A stretch of 64,000 bases of DNA from the human T2T-CHM13v2.0 reference genome, Homo sapiens, in assembly GCF_009914755.1 (NCBI RefSeq), contig NC_060931.1. One strand, 5' to 3'. Under the pieces are notes generated by a model. The model was not told the DNA's origin. It saw only the letters and a program-made list of their open reading frames with translations, and made no database searches. Numbering within the stretch: position 1 is the stretch's first letter; every line of letters begins with the position of its first letter. The position numbers and the translations under genes were made by a program. Positions 1-12,514 of this stretch are shown here, piece after piece.

Positions 1-477
1 ACCAGTATTATATTGTTATTATTAAGTACCTTCATTCCCAAATAGTAGCATTATGTCCTCTGAAGGAATGGGGCTTCTGTTTACCCAGCAAACAGGCACT
101 GTTTGCATTACCTTAAGGGTTAACCTACTTTCTTGATAATGGGTCATGAGTGAGTAGGGGTGATCAGTAAAGATAGTACTATTACAAACAACAGAGCACA
201 CTTGTAGTTACTAAAATTATCCAAAAAATCATGGCAAAATTATCAAAGATGTAGGATTATGAATTTGGTATGACAGCAGAAGGATGATTGCACATCTCAC
301 AGTCCATATTGCTCACATCGGGTTCTCACATGCTTTAATTGCAGTGCTAATTCTGAGAATTCTTGATTATGATCTAATGGTGGAACACATCTGAAAGATT
401 AAAGAACTGATTGTAGAAAAGTCAACACAAAGTCCTCCATTTATGTACATACCAGAGTGCAGGACAACGGGGACGAC

Positions 478-497
478 CCTGTCCCCTGGTGGCAGAG
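478..497 (-). promoter_or_regulatory. Candidate CTCF motif in a small CpG-retaining patch
   Basis: Reverse complement CTCTGCCACCAGGGGACAGG; several CpGs within 465-520 in otherwise CpG-poor DNA. Confidence 0.45.
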
Positions 498-1243
498 CTC
501 CGCGATTCAGAACCTCGCAGCAGGAAGGAACTTGCCTGTGACTCCACATTCAGCCATGCTTTCAGAAGCACTGGACTTTTATCAATTTCTAGGGATATTT
601 GTGTTGTCAGGGTATACTAAGTAGGAATCTATTCCCATTTATATTGTGATTTGCTTTGTACCTACTAATTTTCACTGAAATCACTATTATAATTTACTGT
701 CTCTACCCCCACAAGTAAGGGATGGAACTTCATTTCCCAGTAAATATATTTTGTTTTATTGCCTCCTAGGTAACAATGTGCAACAATACCAAAGTGTTTC
801 ATTTAAGACCTGTGATTTTGTGCTTTTCAGGACTAGTAAAATACAATAGCATGTGGAACTTATGATTTCTAATTTGTTTCAGAACGTAGTATACTGTGTT
901 TATATAAGCCACACAATATTAACCCTTCAAGACAACTTTAAAATCTCTTTCAAAGCATGATTAAAAGTACGTCTAAAAATTTTCCTTGTGAAATGTAAAT
1001 GTATCTAATACACCTATAAAATCTTGTCAGCTACATTTATGAAACATAAGTCATAAATTTACTACATAAACAACAATAAGTCAAAATAGTAACATTGATA
1101 ACAATTGCTAAAATGTTCTTTACACTTACTAAAAGCCAGGATATACACTTAACACTTTTAATCTTTATCTCTTTTAACCCTTACAACAAACCCACAAGGT
1201 AAGTATGTTATTCTCTTTTTAAAGAAGAAGGTACAGCTTAGAA

Positions 1244-1466
1244 CTATGTACCTCAACATTGGCACTCTAACATTTTGGATAATCCTTTGTTGTGGTGGAA
1301 ATGTTCCATGTACTATAGGCTATTTAGCAGTATCCATGGTCTCTATTCACTTGATACCAGTAATATACCCCATATCCAGAAGTGACAACCAAAAACTGTC
1401 TGTAGACATTGCCAAATACCCTCGTAGGGCCAAATCAGCCAAATCACCCCCAGTCGAGAACCACTG
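1244..1466 (-). mobile_element. MER20 (hAT-Charlie) inserted in a MIR
   Basis: Ends ...cccccagtcgagaaccactg (reverse of CAGTGGTTCTC). 8-bp TSD gcttagaa (1236-1243) / gcttagag (1467-1474). MIR-like sequence continues on both sides. Confidence 0.85.
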
Positions 1467-2896
1467 GCTTAGAGAAATAAAGTAACTTACTAAAGGTCAT
1501 ATGCTTAGAATATAATTGAACAGAAGCCAGGCATTCTGACACAAGAATGTATACTCTCAATCAATGAAATACAGTGTTGTTTACTCTGTGATAGTTTAAA
1601 GAACATAAATTTTCCTCAAAATAGAAAACTAAAAATGAAGACAAACTGTAAATGCCTTCCCGTAGAAAGATATTCTATGGCCACAAGAGACTGTGCCCTT
1701 CCAAAATTTTCCTTTCCTAATTAAGGTCCATGTCCCAATGCCTATTGCCCTTACATAGCTTGATCTCCTGCCCCACCTACCCCAATCTTCTTTAAGTCCT
1801 ATTCCATGTGCCCCAAAAGACAGTCACCAATCCCTTGTTAAGGCTGATTCCATGCTTTAGTAAATAAGATCCAGACTCTGCCTCACAGAGCCCCTGAAGA
1901 ACAAGACCTGTCTGCTTCCTACCTGTTCCCTTAGATGACCCAAGACTTCCACCTGTATCATCTCAAAGTGTAAGCCTTCTGCATAGTGGTCACTGAATTC
2001 CGGTACTGAAGTCCCAAGACTTCAGTGACTAAGGACTTTCCACACACCAAAGTCTTCCTATGTGCCTCACATAGACTATTTCATTCCAGGCTCACAAGAA
2101 CCCTAGGAAGCAAATACTATTTCCATTTACCAAAAGAAACAGATTCCAGTAGGCAGGGGAAACCCACACAAGCATTTCACCAGGTTCACGACAGGACTCA
2201 GATTTTAACCCAAGTATGGACAACTCCAAACCCCTGCTCTGTATTCCAACCCTATACTCTTCCAATTTCATGGCAGGGCAAAGACTACAGACACACCCTT
2301 CCAAAGCATGTTCTCATCTTGCCATACTCCCTCCAGCTTGCTTAGAAGTTCATCATTCCAGCCCCCTCTCCTCGACATCCCAAATTTATGAGAATAAACA
2401 AAGCAGAGCTGAGTGTGACTTCACTTGTGGAATAGAAAAGGGAAAAATTCAGGCAGTGACCTCACGAACTTTGAAAAGGCAGTATCGTATTAAATCAGAG
2501 GATAGAAAAATACAGAACATGTTTTCTCTTATCCGATTCTATTTTTGTTATTTACTTTTTTTATGCATAAAGAGTTATGTATTCATGTATGACTGATCAC
2601 ATCGCTTCAAAGCACTTTAGCTGTTAAGTACGAAAATAGACAATTTTGAAAAAAGAACCTGGTGGTGGAGGTGAGGATTTTTCCCTTTCAATCACATTAC
2701 TTAAATATAGCTTGTTGTTTTTTTGTTAAGTCTTCATTAAACTTTCCTGAGAGCTTCAACTTTTAGGTTAAGGCCAAATACGAAAACTTTCAAACATAAA
2801 ATGTCTGAAGAGAAAAGAACAATTGGCAGAGTAGAGAAATGAACTACCAAAGGCAGATCTTTTTGACGTTGATTTATTCAGCTTTAAGCTGCTTCA

Positions 2897-3268
<372 letters not shown>

Positions 3269-3953
3269 CTATAAAGCCAAAGGGATAGAAAGAACTCAAG
3301 AAACTTTCAGTGTCTGAAAGGCCTGCCTTTAAACCCTGGCCCGACCATTTGTCTGCTCATTTGAGTTACCTCAGATGAGTTACCTCTTTTCCATGACTTC
3401 CTTTTCTGTAAAACAGGATCATTGTGAAGATCAAATGAGAAAATGCATGTAAAGCACCTGGCACACTGTAGACACACAATAGATTTCAATCAGTAGGGGG
3501 CCCTCTGGACATACCTATGTGCTTGCCAAAGTTTGTGCTTTAGCAATACTTTTAATGTCCCATGATTACTTCTCATTAATTAAGTGAATTTAGAAGTATT
3601 GTAAACCAAGGATAATCTGGCTAGGGGCTAAAGGACAATATATATGGGGTACAGACTATGTCACCTGCCCAGTGATCTCTGTGCTAACTGGCAGCTTTGT
3701 TCTTTTCTGGTGATTCAGTTAAACAGCAGAGAGTGCCCACCATCACTGCAGATGTTGTTCAGTGACCTAGACTTCCTCCTGGAAGGACCTCAGTAACTGG
3801 AACCAGAGAATACTGTTTTTGAGCCAAAGACCACATTCGTTCTCAGATTGAATCTCATCTCTTTACAGACAAGGACACTGAACCAGAGAGGAGCAATTCG
3901 GCACAGCTAAATGTGACAGAACACAAACACGATTCTTAATCTTACCTCTTTAC

Positions 3954-4137
3954 CAGTGGTTCTCAACTAGAGGTGATTTTGACATACACGGGACATTTTT
4001 GGTTGCCACAGCTAGGGGAAGATGAGATGTTACTGGCATCTAGTGGGCAGAGGCCAGGGATACTGCCAAACATCCTACAATGCACAGGACAGCCCCTACA
4101 GCAAAAGCATCAATAGTGCCATGGTTAAGAAATGCTC
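3954..4137 (+). mobile_element. MER20 (hAT-Charlie)
   Basis: CAGTGGTTCTCAAC...CTGGCATCTAGTGGGCAGAGGCCAGGGATACTGCCAAACATCCTACAATGCACAGGACAGCCCC. Confidence 0.88.
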
Positions 4138-7100
4138 ACCTACTCCATTGGACCAGTGTCTCCAGGGAGTCTGAAATCTGCCTTTAAAGCTGCTGCTGCT
4201 GGAAGTTGAACTTGGCCCCAGCATGGCGGCCCTCACTAATGACTGATTCAACCCTGTCAATTGTGCCTCTTAGCATTGAAAGCCACCAGGTTTGGGAAGG
4301 ATTTAGAGATTTGCCTCCTCAGGTAACTTAAAGTCTGGACATAACTTTTGAAGCACCCTGATATGCCTGGGCATAAGTGCTATTGACAGTCCTGAAAATG
4401 CACTTCGGTCTTATTAGGCAATCTAAGAAACTTACTCTCAAAACCATTTTGGCAAAACACCGCCAAACAGCCAAATGATGCACAACCACACAGATACCTG
4501 AATATCAAATATTCAGAATGATCCACCCTGAGCAAATACATCTGATACTGTACTAAGCACCTCCAGGATTAATGGCTTGAGTAGAGGAAACACAGAGATT
4601 GAAGCACTGATTAAAGCTAAAATACTCTCAGTGTTTCCACCCAAAGCTTGAGTTCCATGTTGCAGGGACTAAAAAAAGAAAAGAAAGGCAGAGTCAATGA
4701 TTTAAGCAATTATGTACTTACTGATTCTTGCCATGCATGCCATCTGTCTTGCTGACCTCACAGGCCTCTACACCGGCCAGTGTGAGGGTCAAATGAGAGT
4801 CTACGTGTGGGAGTATGCAGTGAACTGCAAAGCCATTTGAAAGTATGAGTCACAATCCAAACTTATTTACCCAGAGTTCCACCTAGTAACTATGACGTTA
4901 GTTCTGACCCATGATAGAAATATATGAAGGATCCCAATCTGATTTATTCATAAAATCAATGCACATTTAATAAAGATCTGTCATGCCCAATGCTTTTGGG
5001 GAGCATATTCCCCACTTAAAAAAATCAGTGATGCCACAAGGAATGACATGCACCCCACTAACTCTTATACAGAATTAGAGAAGCAGGAACTCTTTTAGGT
5101 GGAAATACCTAAGAAGTTTCCATTGAAAGGGATGGTCTTTGAATTGGATCTTGAAGAAAAGATGGGATTTCAACAGATAAAAATGAGAACATTTAGAGTA
5201 CTGGAAAGAATATGAAAGAAGAAAGGATCATAAAAAAATCAGGCAAATATGACAGTCAGTAAGGAGTTCAGCTTGACTGGAACTTAGGGTGAATGGAACA
5301 AGGTAACAGACAAAGCAGCAAAGTTTAGGTGGAAGCAAGTGTAGGCAGCCTTAAAATCCAAGACAAGAAGATAGGCATTTAATGGCCAACAGGAAGCCAA
5401 TGGAGATTTGTTGCTATTTTTCAAACATAGAAGGCACAATCAGAGGAGCTGTGGAGAAAGTAATCAGACATAGGTATGCAGCATGGAGAAGATGAAGAAA
5501 CCAGAGTAATGAAAGAGATTAAAGAGGCCACCCAATACTCTAAGAGACAGGTGATGAGACTGGACCAAGATCATGGGAGGGAAAGTAATGTGAAGGAAAA
5601 GCCCACAATCCGTTAGGGACCCATTGATCATGGGCAAAGAGGAAGAATAAAAAGTTAAAGTTGAAGGAACACCCAACAGAAGATCATACAAAGGGGCTCA
5701 GAAGTTTTGATCCTGGATAAATGGAAGAATGGTAGTAATTATCAGACATAAGGAAGATGGAAGAGAAAAGACGAATGAATTGTGCCTAGATGATCCTCTT
5801 GACTCAGAAAATGACAGCTCAATGCCAAGGTCACTCCTGCTACTGGTGTCTAGATACACTACCCAGACGAAGTGCCTGAGCTATTATACTTACTACATCT
5901 CAGCACCCTCTCATCCCATGCCTAGTTCCCAGGTGAAAGCCTCTAAATAGCCTTTCTGGGCCTAGATCCCTACACCTGTGCCCTGCCCCCCTCCCACCCC
6001 CTCCCTTCCCCCCACCGACTCCTGCTGATACATTAGCAAGGGTAAGTGAGTGAATGACTAAGTAGTGAATGAGTGATGGCTGCCTGTACTCTGAACTCTG
6101 ATCAAAACTATATAGACTCTCCATCACTCCCCTTCCCCCACCCCCAGCCATGTTTTACCTGAAATTGTAGTGCTTTTTGGCCCTTTCTCACATTAACTGC
6201 CCCAGGACTTGCACTTGCAGGCTAAGTCTCAGCATCCATCTGTGACTGGGGCTCTAACCAGACCACTGTGGCTGCTATAAAGGCACCCTGATTCAGGTGG
6301 CAATCTTGGAATGTAAACTGGACACATTCTCATGGCTGATGCACTTGTTCTTACTACTTTGAGACTGTATTATTAGTCATCACAAATGTAGGAAAATATT
6401 TGTAAAGGGATTTATCTCTTGGAAGATCCTCTTGTCCCTGATGTTACCACTTAGGCTCTGAAAATCAATACTACTAAGTAAGCAGTAGAATGCAGGATTG
6501 GTTGTGCATTAAGTTTGCAAAAATGTATGATTTGATTTATCCAGTGTCACCCCTGTTAATTTTCCCAACAAGTTACTTAGCTGCCACTTTTAATTGCAAA
6601 GGTAGGGGACAACAGTCTACCAATTCTATTTCAAAGGTGCTGAAAGAACTTCGGAATTAACCAATGGGCCTTAATATATCCTGGGAAGGAAACGGGCAGA
6701 GTTCAGCAGAAGATGTACCACATCCCATCCTAGGATACAACTGCTTAGCAGGCAGCCTCCCACAGGGTGATAACCACTCGCCTTCCCTCCCTTCACATGT
6801 GACAATCTATTATTACCAGCAAAGGTGGCTGTTGATGATGACTTATTAGCTATGTCAATTCATGAAGGCTGAACATGGGCAGGCCTGACTAAGGGAATCA
6901 TTTGCTGGATTTAATCAATTACTGGGTTCATCAAGTGTGATTACTGAGCCACGTCAAAATCCAAGTGAAATAACACATTAGACATTCATGGAAAAACATA
7001 ACTCCTTGCTTTGCCTTGCCACAGATAGAGGCCACACTATTATCTATATGTACAATATCCAGGTTATCAATTATCTGCACATGTCTGTATCCTGGGCTGT

Positions 7101-7966
7101 CTTCTTCCTAATGTCTAGAATATTTTTGAGCCATTTGCCTTTTTTTTAAAAAAAAAAAAGAAAGCCTAAAAATCAGCAAAACATACATTTTTAAAATAAC
7201 TGAAAACATGAAGAAAACAAGAAGGAAAGATTCTGGGCTATCCTATTAGACTTCAGTATGCCCATACTTTCAAGCACCACGAATAATAAACAATACTGGA
7301 GGCTCACTTTATAATCTAGCGAGAGAAGAGTATATGATAATGTAAGTATCCTCCCAACAGATCTGATTGTTCCCAATGACCTTCAATACTTATATCTATT
7401 ATAGCACTTACCACATTTTATTATAATCCCTTTGTTCACCTGTATCTCACCTACAAGCCTCTGTACCTATTAACAGAGGCAATTGTACATATCTTGTTAT
7501 TTCCAGTATTTACTGAACTATATAGCAATATACTATAGTAAGTATTAAATAAACTTTTGTTAAATGGAAGATTTTTGTAAAGTACTGTGCATGTGACTAT
7601 CAGTATAATATGATTATCAAAAACATGAGGGACACCTTTGTCTAAAGTTAATTACTCACAGAAATATGTCTAGATTTAGAAAATGAATAAATCAGACACA
7701 GTAAGAGCTAGAACTTCTACCTAAACTATCTAAACAGTGCTATGATTAATAACAAATAAACAAAAATGTTCATGCTAATGAGGTTGTTCATTACCTGGTA
7801 TGGCTTTTTTAAGCCACAACTCCAACTCCTAAACATTCTGACCAAAGTATTTCCATAATCCAGACACATGAAAATTGAACGTGTGTCTGTAGAACTCCCT
7901 CAGGTTTGTGGATAGGTCTTTAATTTGTGCCTCTATTTCTTAATCCCCTATCATACTGAAATAGGG

Positions 7967-7991
7967 GTGTGTGTGTGTGTGTGTGTGCGAG

Positions 7992-8026
<35 letters not shown>
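7967..8026 (+). repeat. Interrupted (GT)n microsatellite
   Basis: Two GT runs separated by gcgagacaga. Confidence 0.97.
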
Positions 8027-8027
<1 letters not shown>

Positions 8028-9179
8028 GGAAGCACCTCTATCATAGATTCAGCTTGCAACATCAGCTCTGATAGCAATTCCTTTCTTCAAGGGCAGCTCA
8101 TAAGTATTTGGTTATTTCTAAGTATTTCTCAAAGGTATAAACTTCTGCAAGCCAGACCTGATAACTTGAAGGTGAAACTCTATTAAAAGAAACCGGATGA
8201 GACATTTATGAGTAAGCAGGTTTACAGCGTAATCCTCTCTAGCCGTCAAATTACCATTTCACCACTTCTGCAAATCTCTTGGAATGATTGACCCTCATGA
8301 ACAAGATTCATTCACAAGCAAAAGGATAGTTCCCCTTAAATATGTGGATTTAAAACCCAATCCAATAAGGTTTTCTGTGCAAGGAGAGGCTTACCTACTA
8401 CCTATTGATTCCCTTGCTAACCCGATAAAGAGGACTTATGAAATCACTCTTTCTACTGAAATTTGGTCTTGGAAGAGATTAGTATACTCTCCTTAATGCT
8501 AGGAGTGAGACTCAGTAAAATCACTATCATCAAAACATTCCCTTGGGCTACCAAAATATGCCTCGTACTTGGTGAAATACTTAAAGAAAGATAACTGCCT
8601 CAATTGTGTTGTAGTAGGATGACAATTACTTTGAAAGCTGTGGGTTTTTTTTTTCTTTAACAAGGTTTTGATAGGTAAACAAATACATAAGTGAAATAAA
8701 ATGAAAGTTAGCAAGAAAAGCGTAAACAAATGTAGATTATTTTTGTATCCTGGGCTGTCTTCCCTTTGATGTCCAAATCAAACCTTTTAATATAACATTT
8801 ATATCACTTAGTTTTCCTATATTAAGCCACCTACTTTATTTGACTAATTATTAACTCCAGCCAAATAACTGCAGTTAGAATTAAACTCACCAGTTAAGTC
8901 CACATTGCTGTGTTTATTCCTACCATGAGAAAGGAATCACAGCTATTCCCAGTCCAAATAAACCATCAAGTAGGCAAGCAAACATTCAAACAGACCATTA
9001 CTTGACTGGGAGTGTCAAGATATATTTAAAATTGTCTACCATTCATCAAATGAGGAATCCACCTACTCCAAATCTACAGATCCCCAGAGAAGGTCTCAAG
9101 CAAGATTATTCTGAAAAAGGCTGAAGGTTTGCTCTATAGATTAAACAAGGCTGGAAATTTTTTAAAACACTTCTTTTAT

Positions 9180-9695
9180 CAAGAGATTTAGTCTATGGTC
9201 CATTCTCTTGAATGGGTGGGTTCAGTGATAGCTTGACCAATAAGACACAGCAGAAGTGATGCTGTGCTCACTTCTGGACCCAGGCCATAATTAAGAGACT
9301 AGCAGCTTTTAATTCCTGTCTCTTAGAACATTTGACCTAAGAAACCAGACAAGTGCAATTGCCCTGAGCCCACCATGTAGTAAGAAGCCCAAGCCAGATG
9401 GAAGCACCCTGGAGGACAAAAGCCATGTGAGGAGAGAGGGAGAGAGAGAAAAAAAATAGAGAGGGAGAGAGCAAGAAACAAAAAGCACCAAGACTCCTAA
9501 CGTGAGCAAAGATACTATCTTGGAAGTGGAGTCTCCATCCCCAGCAGCCCCAGTTGACACCAGGTGGATCAGATTCAAACCAGCCAGCCAAGTCCTTCCT
9601 GAATTCCTGACCTGCAAAATTATGAGCAGAATAAAAGTTATTTTAAGCCACTAAGTTGAGGATGGCTTGTAATTCAATGATGGATCAGAAGCACA
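9180..9695 (+). mobile_element. MLT1 (MaLR) LTR, probably MLT1G/H
   Basis: cagcagaagtgatgctgtg...cctgaattcctgacctgcaaaattatgagc-aataaaa-ttttaagccactaag pattern. Confidence 0.75.
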
Positions 9696-10297
9696 TGGAT
9701 CTACTTCATATAAAAAATGTATTTCATTAAAAATAGAAGAGCTCAAACTGATCCTCTATTAATTCACACTTTAAATGACTTCAATAAAGCTTGTTCAACA
9801 TAATTGGTTTATTTTTCATTACAGTGACAAAATAAAAAAAGGCAACAGCATTCACGTCAGATATGCAAAAAACACACTTTCAAAACAAAATTGACATTGT
9901 AATTTGAACCTTGACAGGTTTGAGCAGCTCTCTTGTAAAACTTCCTCTCACTGTCTAAGTATCTCTCCTTAAAATAAAATTGAGGCAACTTTGAAGCACC
10001 TCATACTCCAGGTTAACTACATGTGAAAATGATAAATTACTTTTTACTACTCAAGACTACTGTGCCCTCTAATCTGAGTGATTAATTTACATCCTGCTCA
10101 GTGGTTCACATGCAATTACTACCGTGAGTCCAACGAACCTGAACAAGACAGAATTGTTTAGCCATCTGTACAAGCTCTCACTATATTTAGAAAAGTACAG
10201 CAATCTCCAGGAAGCTTTCAAGTTTTAGTTCATTTTCCTCTCAATGACTCGTGCACTCTATGCTGCATATCAAATTATAATACCACTCCCTTGGACC

Positions 10298-10500
10298 CAA
10301 GTTTGCTCAACCCACTTTATTTTGTTGTTGTTGTTGTTTTGTTTTGTTTTGTTTTAGGCTTTTAGCAGCCTGAAGCCATGATTTTTAGTTTCTGTCTATA
10401 GTGATAAGAATAAAAGAGGGATGAGGAAGGGGCTTTACTGGCCCAAATAGAAACAGAAACTAAGAACTCATGACTGTATTCTCTCCACTGGACACCCCTG
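10298..10500 (-). mobile_element. MER30-family (MER30B-like) hAT MITE
   Basis: Minus-strand termini CAGGGGTGTCCA... / ...GGGTTGAGCAAACTTG resemble MER30 TIRs. Internal inverted repeat (catgatttttagtttctgtcta / tagaaacagaaactaagaactcatg) and a (GTTTT)n tract. Confidence 0.65.
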
Positions 10501-10819
10501 GAGGAGACCATGCAACACAGGAATCTCTACTGTGAGATGACGCTCATTAGAAAAGGCGAGACTAAAGCAGTGATCTAAAAAATGCCATTGTTGAAACCTA
10601 CTGGCAAATTTTAATTGCATTAATGATTTTTTTAATCTGCATGTAATCTGTTTAATTCCATAACACCCAAGTCAAGTACAATGAAAGCAGATACAGGCCG
10701 TCTAGATTGAATTGTGGGCTTCAAATGCTTGGTCAGCAAAAGGTCTAAGTAACTTTATTTCCTAACTCTTCTCAATAAAAAGAATAAATATTACAGAATA
10801 TAACAATGGAGTCACCTTA

Positions 10820-11130
10820 TAATAAATGTGTCCTTAGGCAATATTGACATTGTGTGAAAATCATTAAGTGTACTTACACAAACCTAGATGGTATAGCCTA
10901 CTACATGCCTAGGCTGTTGGTATAGCCTATTGCTCCTAGGCTACAAACTTGTACAGCATAATACTGTACTTGGTAATGTGGGCAACTGTAACACAATGGT
11001 AAGTATGTGGGTATCTAAACATATCTAAACATAGAAAAGCTAATGCATTGTACTACAATGTTACTGCAGCTACTATGTCACTAAGCAATAGGAATTTTTT
11101 AGCACCATTATAATCTTATGGGACCACCTA
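10820..11130 (-). mobile_element. Tigger3/Golem (MER7) DNA transposon fragment
   Basis: tacttacacaaacctagatggtatagcctactac...attgctcctaggctacaaac...ataatcttatgggaccacc. Confidence 0.85.
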
Positions 11131-12487
11131 ACTCAAGAAAAGCCTCCTAACATACATGAGGTCTACACCTCTAGATAAGCCTAAGATAATATGCTTACTA
11201 AAAGTTTATGAAAGCTCTTCCTAAGAAAGCATCCATGATCAGCTGGACCTTTAGAATCCCAACTTTGATGGAGAGTCATAGCTAAGTTTAAAGAATAAAG
11301 ATGGAGGTTGGAAGTAGCAAGAAATGACGCTGGAGAAATAAAAGAGGTCATGGGAGACCGTCTGTGCCATTATTGTCCAATGAAATTTGTGAAAACAAAT
11401 CATTGTAAAAAACAGAAAGCAGTGTATACAAGATGAACCAATGAATGAACAACGTGAGGTGATGAATATGTTAATTTGCTTGACTGTAATGATTTCACTA
11501 TGTGTATGTATATATATATATACACATATGAAAAAATATCATACACTTTAGATATATATATAATTTTTAAAAGATGAACAAATGAATAAATTCCACGAGG
11601 AAGTACATGACATTTCCTAAGCTCATTTCATTATTCTATCATTAGAGAACCCACTCACCCTCTCCATAGTCACAACCTGTATGCATGCTCAAATACACAT
11701 GCTGCTCCACCAAGTCAGCAAACTACATCTGTCAACGGGTCCTGTAATGGGGAATGAAAATCGCATATGCACTGAAAAATGGGCTTCCCATTGGACTTCG
11801 GAGGCCATGCACTCAAAAACCTGGTGAGTTATTTTTGAACTATAAATACAGAAGATTTAAGTCCAACATTTAATAGCCACATAGGTTAGGGCCAGTGACC
11901 ACCTGATCCCTCATGGCTCCTTATGCCAAAGAGTGCAAAGCACAGCCCAGAGGCAGGCTGGGCACATGAGGGATGATGACAGATGTCATTCTAGTTAAAA
12001 TTACCCTTTCCACAGTCAAATCGAAAGACTGCCACTGCCCTTAAAGGAATCTGTGCCTGTGCTTTGAGCTCAACAGCATTTTGTCAGCAAATCAGGCAAA
12101 GGATATTCTGAGACAAAGGAGAATTCAGACACTAAACATGTTATATAAAGACCGCTTTGTGCTCCCCATCCATAAACCTTCAGCCCCCGCCAGCCTAATC
12201 ACTCTCTGGTCAAGGTTTTAGGAAAATCACTAGACAGCATGGCAGTAACAAGCTTTTGAGCCCACAGGATCTACTCTCTTGTGAAGGCATCCACCTACTG
12301 TGCCTCACTAGATGCCTGCAATCAATTTTTAATTACAGCAGCAGTCACGATCGGAGATAAAGCACGCAACATGCTGAGAAAGAACCAAAAGCCTGTTTAT
12401 TACAGTTCCAGTCCACCATGAGCCAGACTTGTGAAGAGCTGGGCCACAAATGAATCAACCAGTTGCAGCTCAGAAAGACGTTCTTAC

Positions 12488-12514
12488 CTCTGGGACGTTT
12501 TCTTATATTTCCTC
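12488..12514 (-). CDS. PDE1C: PDE1C 27-nt coding microexon (phase 2-2), (L)RKYKKTSQ(R)
   Basis: ttatgccttttcttacag|GAGGAAATATAAGAAAACGTCCCAGAG|gtaagaac. It joins the first coding exon in frame (CT|G AGG AAA TAT AAG AAA ACG TCC CAG AG|) and continues the recalled PDE1C sequence ...LRGLRKYKKTSQRLRSLVKQ. Strong acceptor and donor. Confidence 0.94.

Noticed and set aside
10320-10500. Hairpin with A-rich tail resembling a retroposed small RNA or snoRNA
   Set aside because: Termini match MER30-type hAT inverted repeats, so it is better explained as a DNA-transposon MITE.
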